NCBI GenBank assembly: GCA_964016885.1
Contig: OZ024752.1
Span: 13,764,001 to 13,828,000, forward strand
From: Eledone cirrhosa
Lineage: Eukaryota
Direction of reading: 5' to 3'
Length of the DNA stretch: 64,000 nt
In this document: positions 13,441 through 27,720 of the stretch, one piece after another
How positions within the stretch are numbered: position 1 is the first letter of the stretch
Layout: every line of letters starts with the position of its first letter
Program-made: the position numbers and the translations under genes
The notes under the pieces: generated by a model
Told to the model about the DNA's origin: nothing
Seen by the model: the letters and a program-made list of their open reading frames with translations, nothing else
The model's database searches: none

Positions 13441-13504
13441 TTAATCTGAGCACAGCCTCACCGAGTGCTTGGCTGTATAATCCTAATTTTATTTCGTTAG
13501 CTTG

Positions 13505-13588
<84 letters not shown>

Positions 13589-13589
13589 T

Positions 13590-14127
13590 GTATTAGGTAT
13601 TGACTTATGTTTCTGTAACAGACGGAATACCTATGTATCGCTGCTTGCGTAATCATATAATGTTAGCAAGTATTCGATAGCAAATGTATAATCAGTTGTC
13701 ACTTCTTCAGAGATATTGGATAAATTGGAAAAAATCAGAAAAATTGAAGTATTTATATTAGTTGTAAGAAAGGAAGAAGAGAGGGGATAGTATATGACAG
13801 ATGGCAATTCAATTTGTTGGTAAACAAGTATATAGGTTTTTAATGAGAATACAATGAGTATATGGCTTATTTTATCTAAATAAGAATTTTTGGGAGTGCC
13901 TATTTTAATCTATATTTGACCAGTTGAACAATGGACAGGGCTGGTCGTTTGGTGTAGTAGTATTAATGAAGTTATAAAGTGTCAATTAAGGAAGAGGGAG
14001 TTTTCACTGCTACTGTATAACAACAATGCTGGTAGCCTGCTGGTATATGCATTGGGGAATTGAATTAAGAAATCTCATTTTATCTATAGCAGTTTATATT
14101 AAATGGTAAAGAATAGAAGAGTTGATA

Positions 14128-14130
<3 letters not shown>
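13590..14130 (-). mobile_element. Probable Penelope-like 3'/pLTR remnant with long-stem-II hammerhead-like motif
   Basis: Minus strand: CTGAAGA-AGTGACA...TGTTACA-GAAAC-ATAA-GTC; bounded by TA/GA microsatellites. Confidence 0.4.
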
Positions 14131-14180
<50 letters not shown>

Positions 14181-15329
14181 TAAAGTTAGTCCTTCATCAG
14201 TGATCTTCCAACCATCATTGGTATTTCATCGCTTTAAAGACCATATACCTCCGGTTGGTGCGAGCAACGGCTAAAAAAAAGTCGTTGGGACACGTAAATA
14301 AAGGGGACACGAGAGTGTAAACAAACAAAGATGGTGAAGCAACGAAAAGTGAGGAAGAAGGAGTCAAGTCCCAAATTTCATGAATATAAATTCGGTGAAA
14401 TCGTGAACGAGAGAGAATAAAGACCATCAAACCTGGTTGGAATGTGAGCAAGGAAGGAATTCCGTACAGGTCTAACGGGAGGAAGAAGGGATCTAGTCTG
14501 TGAATTCGGTGAACATAAGTTCTGTGAAATCGTAGACGAGAGAGAGAAAAAAAGCGACCCGCCTGACCAAGTGTGCGAAAGAAAAGAATTACGCACAGGT
14601 CAAACGGGAAGGAGGAGGAGGAGAGGTAGTAACAGAGAGTGAGTGAGTGAAGGGTGAGGAAGAGGCTAACAGAGAGAGTGACTGTTAGAGAGGGTAAAGA
14701 TACAGAGAAAGAGGAAGCAGTAAGAACGAAATAGGTCACAGCATATATATATATATATCTATATATATATAAACCGCGATAATATTGCTTTTTGCTGAAC
14801 TCCTTATTGTAGAGTTTTTTTCAGAATGTTTTTGATTGTTGTTTCATGTAAACAAACATTCATCTCATTCTGACGTCACCAGCCCTGTTTTTCCACATGT
14901 GCGTTTTATTTTCATAATCACGCATGATGTTAAACTAGCTTGCTTTTAAATTCCCTTTTTGGCATATTAATCAGTGAGAATCTGGCTATCGTGTTGAGCT
15001 CTGATGATGATCGTATTCCAACCGTGACCATCTCCACTGAAAGTTTTCGTGAAATAGTCTTTTTCAAGACTATACAGAGCATTTGTAGTTGTCCCAAATT
15101 GAAGGATGAGTATTTTAAACTTTATTTTATCATGAGTTAAGGCTCTATTGATTTTTCCCTGGATTTCACTAAATTCTGTTGGATAAATCTATATCCTGAT
15201 TCTTTTTGAATTGAGTTTGAATTATTTTTCCCACATCTTACGTTAACTATTTTCCCATTTTGACGCTATAGTCACTTATATGTTATGGAATACTGTTGGC
15301 TTCTTGCTACAATACTTTCTATACCTTTC

Positions 15330-15382
<53 letters not shown>

Positions 15383-15636
15383 GATGGAATCAGTTTGAAA
15401 CTGGTTAGACCGTTACTCACCAGAGTACTCGATACTTGGGGTAGTAGAGTATGGTTAAATGAATGAATCACGACCCCGACGGATGAGCTCTCGCCGTTTG
15501 GTCAGGAACTAGCTGCTGAAACGGCAAGAGTTCAGCCGTCCGGTCTTGACTTTTTATTATAAAGCTATAGTCTACTAACCCAAGCATCGAGTACTTTGTT
15601 TAGTAATGGTCTAACCAGTTTCAAACTGATTCTATC
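15383..15636. mobile_element. Foldback/MITE-like palindromic element (~254 bp)
   Basis: ~70-bp outer arms GATGGAATCAGTTTGAAACTGGTTAGACC.../...GGTCTAACCAGTTTCAAACTGATTCTATC plus inner arms GACGGATGAGCTCTCGCCGTTT/AAACGGCAAGAGTTCAGCCGTC. Confidence 0.8.
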
Positions 15637-16104
15637 CCCCCACCTCTATCTGCCTGTCTTTCTCTCTCTGCCACCTCTTTCTCTGTCTCCCATTTCTCTC
15701 ACCTCTCTTTCTCCCTGTCACCTCTCTCGCCCCTTCTCTCGCCCCTTCTCTCGCCCCTTCTCTCGCCCCCTCTCTCGCCCCCTCTCTCGTCCCACTCTCT
15801 CGCCCCACTCTCTCTCCCCCTCTCTCTCCCCTCTCTCTCGCCCCTCTCGCCCCTCTTCCCCCTCTCGCCCCTCTCTCCCCTCTCGCCCCTCTCGCCCCTC
15901 TCGCCTCTCTCGCCCTCCTCTCAGAACACACCTCGGCAAGTTTCTGTTAGTATTTTGGAAGCCTATTTCGCCATCGGACTATGGAGATGTGGTCAGAAAG
16001 AAGCTCATTACCTAACCACGATTTACTTCTGCATTCAAATGCTGCCACACCTTTTACCAAATCTTATCAATATATAAATCTCAGCGACGTCCGTCCGTCA
16101 CACA

Positions 16105-16425
16105 CTAGAGATGACTGAGGAAGGAATGTGGGTGATGACGCCATGCAGTAGAGATGATTGTAAAAGGAAGGTGGATGACATCACGCACTAGCTAAGTGAG
16201 GAAGGAAGGGTGATGACGTCACGCACTAGATAACTGAGGAAGGAAGGGTGATGACGTCACGCACTAGATAACTGAGGAATGAAGGGTGATGACGTCACGC
16301 ACTAGATAACTGAGGAATGAAGGGTGATGGCGTCACGCACTAGATATCTGAGGAATGAAGGGTGATGGCGTCACGCACTAGATATCTGAGGAAGAAAGGG
16401 TGATGACGTCACGCACTAGAGATGT
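16105..16425 (+). repeat. 38-bp minisatellite (~8 copies) in the Helitron 5' region
   Basis: GATGACGTCACGCACTAGATAACTGAGGAAGGAAGGGT at 16212, 16250... Confidence 0.9.
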
Positions 16426-17267
16426 TTGTAAAAAGGGATGGTGAAAAAGAAACTATAGCAAAACAACGACTGGTGTTCATTTATTACGCTGTGTGTGAAT
16501 GTATGTCAGTGAGTGTGTATTTTTGCAAGTGTGTCTGTGTTTGCACGTTTATATGCTCATACATGCGTCAGGGTGTTGGGAAAAAATTCTATTTGGTTAA
16601 AAATCATTCATATGGCAGCTGTCATATCATCGATATCAACCGATACATTTAGAAATATATTTGTATAAGCTCCATTATAATATGAACCCAGTTTAAAAGC
16701 ACGCCCCAACTTTAAACCATCAAGCAAGCTTCATATCACTAAGGTAATTTAAAGAAAAAAACTTCATGAATATAACGACTACATCGGTCATACAAATACA
16801 ACACTTTCCTTCATGAAATCATTGCAATATATTACATTAAACAAGAAAATACAAACCAAGATAGAAAAGCATTAGTTAGTGATAAGACAAATCTCAAATA
16901 ACATTTGAAGAACTACAAAATCTATAAAAAGAAAAGAGAAAAATCTCATAAAAGAGATATTAATAGCTAAATACGACTCCAAAATTAATGCACAGATAGC
17001 CCACCCTAGTAACAAATTAAATCATCTCCTCATCCTGGAGATAATACTCAAATATTATTTTAAAATCTATCAGTTATGGCGTAGCTATTAACACAAAATC
17101 GCTGGCATGTCTCATGCTGACTATAAAACAACTATAAAAATCGCCACTGATAACAAGTCTATCCAAATTATAAAATTTTAAATGTCTAGAAAAATCGATG
17201 TACCTAGGAATTTTACAGTTTCAAATAAAATGTTATGAACTTGAAACAAACAATATGTGTGTGTGTA

Positions 17268-17309
<42 letters not shown>

Positions 17310-17323
17310 AATATATATATATA

Positions 17324-17398
17324 TATAGTGTCCCCCAAAAATGTATACACATATTTATTAGAATGATCAATTGTGTATATATTTTTGGGGACACCTTG
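17324..17398. mobile_element. Short Tc1/mariner-type palindromic MITE
   Basis: GTGTCCCCCAAAAATGTATACACA...TGTGTATATATTTTTGGGGACAC; second copy 34232-34309. Confidence 0.7.
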
Positions 17399-18341
17399 TG
17401 TCATAAGTCATAAATAAGAGATCAATTTTGAACTGAAAAGTTTCTATTTAATAGCCTTTTTCTGATAAACTACAGTGTGTGTATATATCAAGTGGTGCAT
17501 ACAGCTTTGTGTGAGAATGTGTGTCAATGTGTGTGTGTGTTTGAGAATGTGTGTATGTGTGTAAATTTGTGTTTATCGGTGTTTGTGGGTTTACACACAC
17601 GCACACACACACACACACTTTATGTGGAAATCTATATATATATTAGCAGATGTCTGTGTATTTGTATGTCTGTGCATAATGCCAATGAAAGAGGGAGAGA
17701 AAGAAACGAGTAAAGTGAGGAAGTGGCTCTTTACTTCTCCTCCCCCATCTCCACTTTCGTCACAACGATTTTCGATACAGGGAGAAATGTAAATAGTGTG
17801 AGTGAGTAAAAGAAACAGACTAAAAGAGAGGAAGTGTTACAGAGGGTGAGAGAGAAAATGTGTGAGCGAGAGAACACGGATTGAAAAAAGTTAGAGAGAA
17901 ACACAGAGAGAGAACAAGTTTTTATAGAAGTTGAAAGAGAGGGAGATAGAGGGAGAGAAACACGCTGTACGTTTGGTACTGTATGTGTATATCAGTATAG
18001 ATACGTGTGTGTGTGTGCGTGTGTGTGTGTCTCTCTCTCTGTAGAAATAAGAGGGGAAGGAAAGCAATAACTATTAACATGTGTACCTCAACCCGTGTGT
18101 TTACGTGCGGCGTTCGATAGAATATAAAAAACTATCAACATGTGTGCGCGCGTGCGTGCTGCGTTCTACAATCATCATTTATTTCAATCACACTTGTGAA
18201 GATATTCACGTAACTTTCACTCATTTTCCCATTTATTCCCCATTTTAATTTTCAAAATAATTTCCGTGAACAATGTTCTCTCACTCACTCACTCACTCTC
18301 TACAAGAGGAGACGGGGTAGATGTAGATGATAAGTATTCTA

Positions 18342-21300
18342 CAATGAAGCAAAGATATGTACAGGTAGCCAGAGCAAGGCAACTAGAGACCCCTGCATCA
18401 ACGACAGCAAATACATGAAAACGACCAGAGGAGGGCTGCTGCACGCAGGGCCAATGAGTCACAAGAGGCAAGAGAAAAACGGTTAGAAAAAATACGTCAA
18501 CAAAATGCAATCCACATGAGCCAAGAGTCATGAAAGGAAAGAGAAAAACGTTTAAAGGCTGCAAGACAAAGACAAGCTGCCAGAGTTGCCAATGATACAA
18601 GAGGTCAGCGAGAGATTAGACAAAGAACAAACCACGAGCAAACAGTTGCTGCAAGACTTAGCCAATCCTCAGAGGAAAGACGTAAGCGTCATGATCAAGG
18701 TCGGCTGAATACGTTTGACAAAAGTGTTGCACTTTGCAAGGGGACTTGGAAAAGATCAGCTTTCAACTATGATCCAAAACATGATTATTCTACAGAGAAA
18801 TTGATTGATGCTGGGGCAATGTCAAAGAATTCAGTTTTTGTAAAGGAAAGAAATGGGAAAGAGGAACCACTGTGTTGTTTTACCGACGTTGGGTAGACTC
18901 TCAGATACTTTGAAGGCATGTTTTGGGGAAACAAACCAAGGAGCATGCACGTCTTGAAAAACATTAGAAATTATAACTCTGCTTTCCGAATGACCTTCTT
19001 TAGTAGCAATATTATAAGAGAAGGTAACATGGAGCCAACTTTTAAAGTTCAAGGTCAACTATACCATCGTATTCGATCTTTGTTGCCAGCTGAAGGCAAA
19101 CATCCTCAGTTTTTACAGCTATATTTTGTGGCAAATTACAAGGAGCAGGGTTTGCAGCGGTCATTTAACCTTTCAAATTTGAAAGAGTTAATCTTTGATC
19201 TGCAAGATATGTTGCATGCAAACAATAGCTACATCAGAAGCTTCAAGTATGCATTAGAATCTGCACCACCCACTGAATACAAGATAGTTATTGATGCAGA
19301 CAAAAAGCCCATTGTTGAACTCAGAGGCACAAATGAAGTAGCAGCAATTATTACAGACGACGAGTTTGGGAAAAGAGATATTAGTCAAGGAAGAGGAAAT
19401 AAGATGCAACTCACCGATCATATGATGCACTTCAGTATCCATTAATCTGTGTATATCACTTTGGTATCAAACAGATAGATCTTAAAACAGCTCCTGCACT
19501 GACAAAGACAGTAAGCTGCATGGAATTCTATGCTTCCCTTTTTACGTGAGCTCTTCCAGCAATTTGCAGTTGATATGTATGCAAAAATAGAACACACCAG
19601 AAAGATCTTTGTGCATCAGACTACATTCACCTGAATGATTCAATCACTAATGAAGGAGGATCGGCTGCTGATAACATTGGACAACTGTGTGTCATTCTTC
19701 CATCAAGCTTCACTGGAAGTCCACGGCATATGCATGAGCGTACCTAAGATGCACTTAAATATGTCAACCACTATGGTTGTCCAGACCTCTTCGTTACATT
19801 CACATGTAACCCAACATAACATGAAATAAAGAGTGAACTTTATTATCATCAAGAACCCAAAGATCGCCTTGATATTATAGCTCGGATGTTCAAACTTAGT
19901 CATAAAACTGATGGATCTCCTAAAAAAGGCGAAGTCTTTGGACCAGTCAAATTACACAATTTCATGGCAAAAACGAGGATTGCCACATGCCCGCATTTTG
20001 ATTTGGCAACATATAATATCCTTTGCATGAAATGAAATTGTCAAGTCACAGATGATTCATGGGCACTGTGGTTCAATTAATCCATCCTCCCCATGCACGA
20101 GGGATAAAGTGTACCAAGTACTACCTCAGTCCAAAACTGAAGAAGATGGCTACTCCATTTACAGGAGAAGAAAACCTGGACAGGGTGGATTCACTTCGAA
20201 AAAAATAAAGAGAAATGGGCAAGAATTCATCATTGACAATCGGTGGGTTGTACCCTACTGTCATCTTCTTAGAAAGAATTCCCAAACCCAATGTTGAATT
20301 TTGCAACTCTGTTAAGTCTATTAAGTGTGTTTGCAAATATATAAACAAACATACACTCTTATGCAGAATATCAATCAGCAAATAAACAAAAATGACGAAG
20401 TTATACAATATGAGAGAGGAAGATACATCAGTAGCAATGAGGCTTTTTTCAATTTTCCCATTCATGAGAAGCACCCAGCCACCATTCAACTGATCATTTT
20501 GCATGAAGTACGTGGTTCCAAATCATTTCGAAACTTGAGAAGAGTAAATGGCCATGTGTGTGATCCTTATAGGAAAGTATGCTATCAAAATGGTTTGTTA
20601 GAAAATGATGATTGGGATCTTGCATTGACTGAAGCACCAGGGAAACTCCGTAATCCTTTTGCTATTATGCTGAACATGTATCAACTTGGCAGACTCCGAC
20701 AACTTTGGATCAAGAGAATATGGCTGGGGACTTAAAGTATGCAGTTCAACATGCAAACCCAGGCATCAATATTCAGTTCTGTGAATAAATTTTCAATCAA
20801 CCATTGATTGAAATTGAGGATCAATTTTGGTCATGGGAGGCAAGAATTTGCAAGAGTCTGGTTCCGAACTGCCAAAATCAAAGTGATTTAACTTCAAGAG
20901 AGTTTGCACGAGGGACAGTTGGCTACATTTATGAATGAACATGAGCCTAAACGTCTTCTAGAACAACACTGTGCATATGATAAAACCATTTCGTCAGTGA
21001 AGAGGAATTTCCTTTCTTGGTGCTCCAGGTGTCACAGGTAAAACATTTGTAACAACATTACTGCCTTACCTTGGAGGGAAACAAAGAAGAATTGAACTTG
21101 CTGTCGCATCGTCTGGCATTGCTGTCACCCTTCCCCCAGAAGGACAAACAACTCATTCTGCCTTTAAATTACCGCTAAACCTGGTCACAAATGACAGTCC
21201 AATTTGTAACATAAGCAAAGGTTCAGGTTCAGCAGAAGTGTTACGCCAATGTCAGCTGATCATTTGGGATGAATGCACCATGGCACATAGAGGTACAATG

Positions 21301-22308
21301 GAAGCTCTTGATAAGACCTTGCAGGGCATATGTCAGCAATAAATCTATGGGAGGAGTTACATTAGTTTTATCAGAAGACTTCAGACAGACATTACCAGTC
21401 ATTCCGAGAGGAACATGAGCTGATGAAATAAAAGCATGCATTAAGTCTTCGCACCTTTGGAATAAAGTACAGAAATTCACCTTCAATACTAACATGCGAG
21501 CTTTATTACACGAGGAACAATGTGCAGAACAGTTTTCAACCTGGTTTCCGCCAATTAGGAAATGGGAAAGTATCAATTGATGGAAATGGTGATATAAATT
21601 TGGCTCATATTGCTATCACGGTGAATTCCCCAGCTGAATTGAAGAACAGGGTATTTCCAGACTTGAGTAATAATTATAATTCAGATAAATGGTTGTGCAA
21701 AAGGGCAATTCTTGCTCCCTCAAAATGAGACAGTAGCAAGCATTAACCATGAATTAATGAATAAGATTCCAACAGTACAAATCAATTGATGTACACATGA
21801 AGTACAAATCAATTGATTCAGTCTATAATGAAAATCAAGCTGTCCACTACCCAACAGAGTTCCTTAATTCTCTTGAGCCACCTGGAACTCCTCCACATAA
21901 ACTTATTCTGAAGGTAGGAGTCCCAATAATGCTTCTAAGAAATTTCGATCCTTCTAAATTATGTAATGGGACAAGGTTGATTGTGAAGACATTATCACCT
22001 AATGTGATAGAAGCTACCATCATCACTGGGTGTGCATTTGGGGAAGATGTTTTCATTCCAATAATTCCAATCAAGCCAACATCTGAGTTCAAACGAATAC
22101 AATTCCCAGTGTGACTTTGATTCACAATGTCTATCGATAAAGCTCAAAATCAAACTTTGAAATCTACTGGCTTGCACTTAATTGAGCCCTGCTTTTCTCA
22201 TGGTCAACTTTATGTTGGTTGCTCCAGGGTGGGTAGTTTATAAAACTTATTTATCTATGCTCCAAACCAGAAAACAAAGACTGTTGTTTACCCAGAAGCT
22301 CTTATGTA
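18342..22308 (+). pseudogene. Helitron Rep/PIF1-helicase (RepHel) pseudogene, multiple frameshifts and stops
   Basis: NSAFRMT, FKVQGQLYHRI, PDLFVTFTCNP, WQKRGLPHA (HUH region), MIHGHCG, GAPGVTGKTF (Walker A), [60 protein letters not shown]. Confidence 0.95.
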
Positions 22309-23444
22309 ATTTCATTCAACATATGTGATAGAATTTATCTCCCTTCATAAAAGTGGTAAATTTTTATTATTGTTGTCGTTTTTGTATTATGAATTCAGAA
22401 TTTATTTCATCGTGTATCCCAGTTGAAGAATACTTTGAATTTAGAATAAATTTCTATACAACTTATTTTTCTTTTTTCTTTTAATATATAAGGAACAATT
22501 TCATTCCCAGGCAACGCCGCGTGCGTCTTTTAGAGGGTCTTCGGTTGGTCCTCTATCGATTTGTCTGTGTGCCTGTCTGTCGTACATGGCGCAAAGAATT
22601 TTGTTGTGGTAACCTGTCTTGCTAGAAATGACAGCGAAATAAAATCTCACTCACTCACTCTTCTGTATCTATGTATTCCTATCTATCTACATTGTGGTAA
22701 CTGGGTTCGCTAGAAATGACACACTAGCTTCTAGAACGCGCACACGCACTCACTGATTAGTATCTATTTATGTATTACTCTTTTTGTCTCTGTATTCCTA
22801 TCTATCACCAACTACAGAAAGCATTCTCCAACGGAGATGAACTGGATTTGTCTTGTCTCATATATAATTAAACTCGACACTGTTTATGTTATAACTAATT
22901 ACTGTGTGTTTGTGTGTACATGTCTGTCTTTGCCTCTACAGTGAATGTCGCTTATTTGCGGAAGTTTCCTTAAAACCTAATTCATGGAAACAAACGCGTA
23001 TTCTCGGAATCGTAAATATCTTCCGCGATGTTTTAATGCCTTTTTTTTCGTGGCAATATATAGTTTTTCACGCCTTTTAACGCTAAATTAACAATATACC
23101 GTATTTGCGGACCTGTATTCTAGGTTATGTTTTGACCTTTATAGGCATTTTTATGGACCACGTTCAATATTCGCAGTTTCCCACTTTCTACAGGTGCTTT
23201 AGCACCCGCGAATACCGGGATAACTTTACTTCTAACCCCCGCGAATACCGGGGGGTATCTTTCCTTCTAAACCTATTTTATATAATTTGTATTTTAAACT
23301 CTACACGTTTTGTTATAACTAGTTACTGCCTGTATACATGTGCGTCTTGTAAACCTCATCTATAATTCCTATTCAAATATCTATACCATGTATGTTATAG
23401 CTAACTGATTTTCGTCTGTGTGTGTAGACGGATAGAAACAGCAA

Positions 23445-23770
23445 GGACAAGGTAGACAGCTAAGACGAAGTAGACAGCAAAGACAAGTAGACAGCAAAGA
23501 CGAGGTAGAGAGCAAAGACAAGAGACGTGAAACGATAGAGAGCAAAGACGAGGTAGAGAGCAAAGACGAGGTAGAGAGCAAAGACGAGGTAGAGAGCAAA
23601 GACGAGGTAGAGAGCAAAGACAAGGTAGAGAGCAAAGACAAGGTAGAGAGCAAAGACGAGGTAGAGAGCAAAGACGAGGTAGAGAGCAAAGACAAGGTAG
23701 AGAGTAAAGAACAAGATAGACGTAAAACGATAGACAGCAAAGAACAAGAAAGACGTAAAACGATAAACAG
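23445..23770. repeat. 18-bp minisatellite
   Basis: AGACGAGGTAGAGAGCAA repeated. Confidence 0.9.
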
Positions 23771-24802
23771 CTATTCATTTCCTTGAAGATTAATTTGAAA
23801 ATCGGTGAGATTAACTATAGCTTAAGCCATTTTGCTTAGACAAAAAACAGCAATATTGGTGAAAATATTGAATGATCTAAAATCTCCATCGAAATAAAAG
23901 AAAATCTGTAGACCGCAATAGGAAGATGAAACAACTGAAGGTAGCAGATTATAACCCAAAGATTATTTAAAAGGCAAATTACCAGACGGTTTAACAATGC
24001 AGTTTTTTCACTCGTTCGGCAACACTCAACACAAACAATATAGTTGGATGTGTAGAAGCAAGTTATGAGAAATTCACAAATAAATAGTGATTTCATTGTT
24101 TACAGAGCTATTGATACTAGATGCATATCCGTAGCAAGCTAATCAGAAATGACTGTCGTAAATCGATTTCTACGACAAAGGTATTTTAAACTGCACTGCA
24201 AACAAAAAGATGTTTGTGAGTTAGTCGGATAATTGTGTACTCAGAGAGAAAACAAGTATTTGGTCTCGAGTTCAATGCCATTGTATGATATTTTGGCAAA
24301 GTGTTATTTGCCAATTCGCCGCCGATATTGAGTAGAGTCGTTAGAACTTTGGATAGAATGCTTTATGGTATTTGTTCCGGCTCTCTACTCTCTGAGTTCA
24401 AATCCTGCTGAGGTCACTTTGATTTTCATCCTTTCGAAGTTGATAAAAAAGTACCAGCCTAGTACTGGGGTCGTTTCTTCTTCTACATCTTTCTCATTTC
24501 CTCTCTCTCGCTTTCTTTCTCTGGAAGAAATCTGCTGTACTCAGACCTGGAGAGGAGATGGGCTCAGCCAGGTTTAAAATTGCTCAGTTGGATAAAATCT
24601 GAAAAGTTAAGCAGGTTGTGTGTGTGTGAGGGGAACACTTATTGAAGATCTAAGATTAGGACGAAATCGGTTTTAGATTATCTCCCAGGTATTTTGAAGG
24701 TATTTTTATTTTACCTTCTAAGATTTTGTCTTGCTCCTTCAAACCATTCCTCGGTGTCCTTCAGCCCTCGTGCCTAGTAAAGGAAACATTATCATTATTA
24801 AG

Positions 24803-25190
24803 GTTGGACGCCATGCTTTCCAGCATAGTTACGTCCCTTTGCGATTTGAGTTCAAATCCAGCCGAGGTTAAATTTGCCTTTCATTCTTACAGGGTCGATA
24901 AAATAAAGTACCAGTAATACACTGGGTAATTGCTGGCTTTGTGCTAAAAGTGGAAACAATTATTATTATTGACTGGATTAGCAGTATCGGTAGAGCGTCA
25001 GACAACATGCTGTGTAGCATAGTTAAGGTTCTTTACGTTTTGAGTTCAAATGCCGCCGAGGTTAGCTTTGCCCTTCATCCTTACGTGGTAGATAAAACTA
25101 AGTACCAGTCAAGCACTGGGGTCGATTTAATCCACTTTCCCCTCATCCAAAATTGTTGGCCTTGTGCCTAAAGTAGATATAATAATTGTT
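24803..25190 (+). mobile_element. Two head-to-tail main-family SINEs
   Basis: First ends ...AACAATTATTATTATT, second starts GGATTAGCAGTATCGG immediately after. Confidence 0.85.
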
Positions 25191-25619
25191 ATTGTTAGGT
25201 AATACATGGCCTTGTGCCTAAATCAGAAAGCATTATCAGGAAATATAGATATTTTATTTTGTCGTCTTATACAAAATATTACGTCAATTATAATTCAAAG
25301 ACAGAAGTTATACAACGTTGGAAATATATAGGAAGATAAAAACAAAATTAAGTAACGACAAAAAGTGGGAAGGCTAAAGAAGGGCAGATCTGGTTGTATG
25401 GGGAAGTAAAGGAAAGGACTATAAATGCTATAAATGAGAGGGAAAGATCAAGGACTATTAGGCAACGGGAGAAAGAGGGGTTGACATTCTGCACCTAAGT
25501 CGGAGTGTTGTTTCGCCTGCGCCCCGCGGACAAAACTGCAAAGGCATTTCCACGGACAATGGCCAGCGACGATTGCTGCCGCAACAGCCATATTGTTTCT
25601 ACGGCATAAAAATAAACGA

Positions 25620-26300
25620 TGTTTGAAATGAGCGGTGTTTGAAGTGAGCGGTGTTTGAAGTGAGCAGTGTTTGAAGTGAGCGGTGTTTGATGTGAGCGGT
25701 GTTTGATGTGATCGGTGTTAGATGTGATCGGTGTTTGATGTGATCGGTGTTTGAAGTGAGCGGTGTTTGAAGTGAGCGGTGTTTGAAGTGAGCGCTGTTT
25801 GAAGTGAGCGCTGTTTGATGTGAGCGCTGTTTGATGTGAGCGGTGTTTGAAGTGAGCGGTGTTTGAAGTGAGCGGTGTTTGAAGTGAGCGGTGTTTGAAG
25901 TGAGCGGTGTTTGAAGTGAGCGGTGTTTGAAGTGAGCGGTGTTTGAAGTGAGCGGTGTTTGAAGTGAGCGCTGTTTGAAGTGAGCGCTGTTTGAAGTGAG
26001 CGCTGTTTGATGTGAGCGGTGTTTGATGTGAGCGGTGTTTGATGTGAGCGGTGTTTGAAGTGAGTGGTGTTTGAAGTGAGCGCTGTTTGAAGTGAGCGCT
26101 GTTTGATGTGAGCGGTGTTTGATGTGAGCGGTGTTTGAAGTGAGCGGTGTTTGATGTGAGCGGTGTTTGATGTGAGCGGTGTTTGAAGTGATCGGTGTTT
26201 GAAGTGAGCGGTGTTTGATGTGAGCGGTGTTTGAAGTGAGCGGTGTTTGATGTGAGCGGTGTTTGATGTAAGCGGTGTTTGATGTGAGCGGTGTTTGAAA
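25620..26300. repeat. 16-bp minisatellite (~42 copies)
   Basis: GAGCGGTGTTTGA(A/T)GT repeated; explains the 285-aa ORF. Confidence 0.95.
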
Positions 26301-26404
26301 TGAAGGATGTTCTTGTATAAATTAACTTCGAAATAATAGTAAAAGATTCCAATAGATGAAAAGTTTCAAAATTTTATACAGGAAAAAACAAAACAAAAAG
26401 GAAA

Positions 26405-26440
<36 letters not shown>

Positions 26441-26464
26441 CAAACGATTCAAAGCGAGCCAAAT

Positions 26465-27287
26465 AATGGTTTCTACAGTTAGAACAAGGGCAGCAATTTG
26501 AAGGGAAAAGTCGATAAAATCGACGCAGTGCATTACTGGTACTTTATTTTATCGACTCGTAAGGATAAAAAGGTAAAGCTAACCTCGGCGGGATTTGAAC
26601 TCGGAACGTAACTATATGTCGCAAAGCATGTTGGACGCTCCATCGAATCTGCCAAAAGCAAAATAATGTTATTTATAAACATGTATGCAGAAAAAAATTT
26701 CAATAAGTTAAAAAAAAAAAAATAAACCCACCGGAAAAGGGAAACATTCTAATATGGGGCACTATTGAGTTCATATATCTGATTTAGACCCAAGGCAAAT
26801 CATTTTGGGAGAGGGTAATGTCGATTAAGTCAACCTCAGTGAATTACTGGTACTTTATTTTACCAACGCCGTAATTATGAAAGGCAACCTCAGCGGGATT
26901 TGAAAGGAGAATGTATACGGCTGTAATGTTATGCCACAAAGCATGTTGTCCGCCGCTCTACCGATACTGCCAATTCGAATGAAATAATTGTTTCTACTTT
27001 TGGCACAAGGCCAGCAATCACCCAGTGTATTACTGGTACTTTATTTTATCGACCCCCGTAAGGATGAAAGGCAAAGTTAACCTCGGCGGGATTTGAACTC
27101 AAATCATAAAGGGAGGTAACTCTATGCTGCAAAGCATGGCGTCCGACCCTCTACCGATACCGTCAAATAATTGTTTCTACTTTTGGCACAAGGCCAGCAA
27201 TTATCCCAGTACATTACTGGTACTTTATTTTATCGACCCCGTAAGGATGAAAGGCAAAGTTAACCTCGGCGGGATTTGAACTCAGAA
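26465..27287 (-). mobile_element. Cluster of four main-family SINEs, same orientation
   Basis: Copies at ~26465-26655, 26780-26975, 26983-27165, 27166-27287. Confidence 0.85.
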
Positions 27288-27504
27288 ATGTTAGACATAA
27301 ATACGTATGCAGAAAAATTTTTTTATTAGGTTCTCAAAAAAAACCACAAAAAAATCAAAAAAAATCAACCCACCGGATAAGGGAAGCAACTCTTAAATAC
27401 TTGTAACGATTATAATAATTACTTCCCATGATATTATTTGCAGGCAGCTGTAGCAAAAACAGAACGTCAGATTTTGACTGGTTTCATCAAATTTGTTCTC
27501 GGCA

Positions 27505-27720
27505 GAGCTGTTCAAGTATCTTAGGACTGTGTTCACGAGTGATGGAAGGCAGGAGGCTGAATTAAGTGCAAGATCAGTTGGAGTTGTTTACTTCTGACAG
27601 AACCTGCTGGAAGGAGTGTTTGAATATGCCCTTCCCTCATGACCCTCTCAGGAATAAGTGGCTGAAGAAGACATCAAATTTTGTTCGTTTCAATTTTCAG
27701 TTCTTTTTATGCGAGCATCA
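27505..27720 (+). pseudogene. RTE (Expander/Rex3-like) RT fragment
   Basis: FKYLRTVFTSDGRQEAELSAR resembles FKYLGVLFTSEGRMEREIDRR. Confidence 0.55.

Larger units (their letters stand above)
16062..22533 (+). mobile_element. Helitron, degenerate autonomous-derived copy
   Basis: 5' A^TC...ATATATAAA start, internal Rep/helicase remnants, 3' CCCAGGCAACGCCGCGTG...TAG resembling the Helitron hairpin-CTAG end. Confidence 0.75.

Noticed and set aside
25495-26352. 285-aa ORF with periodic HFKHRS/QTPLTSN
   Set aside because: 16-bp tandem repeat read through rotating frames.
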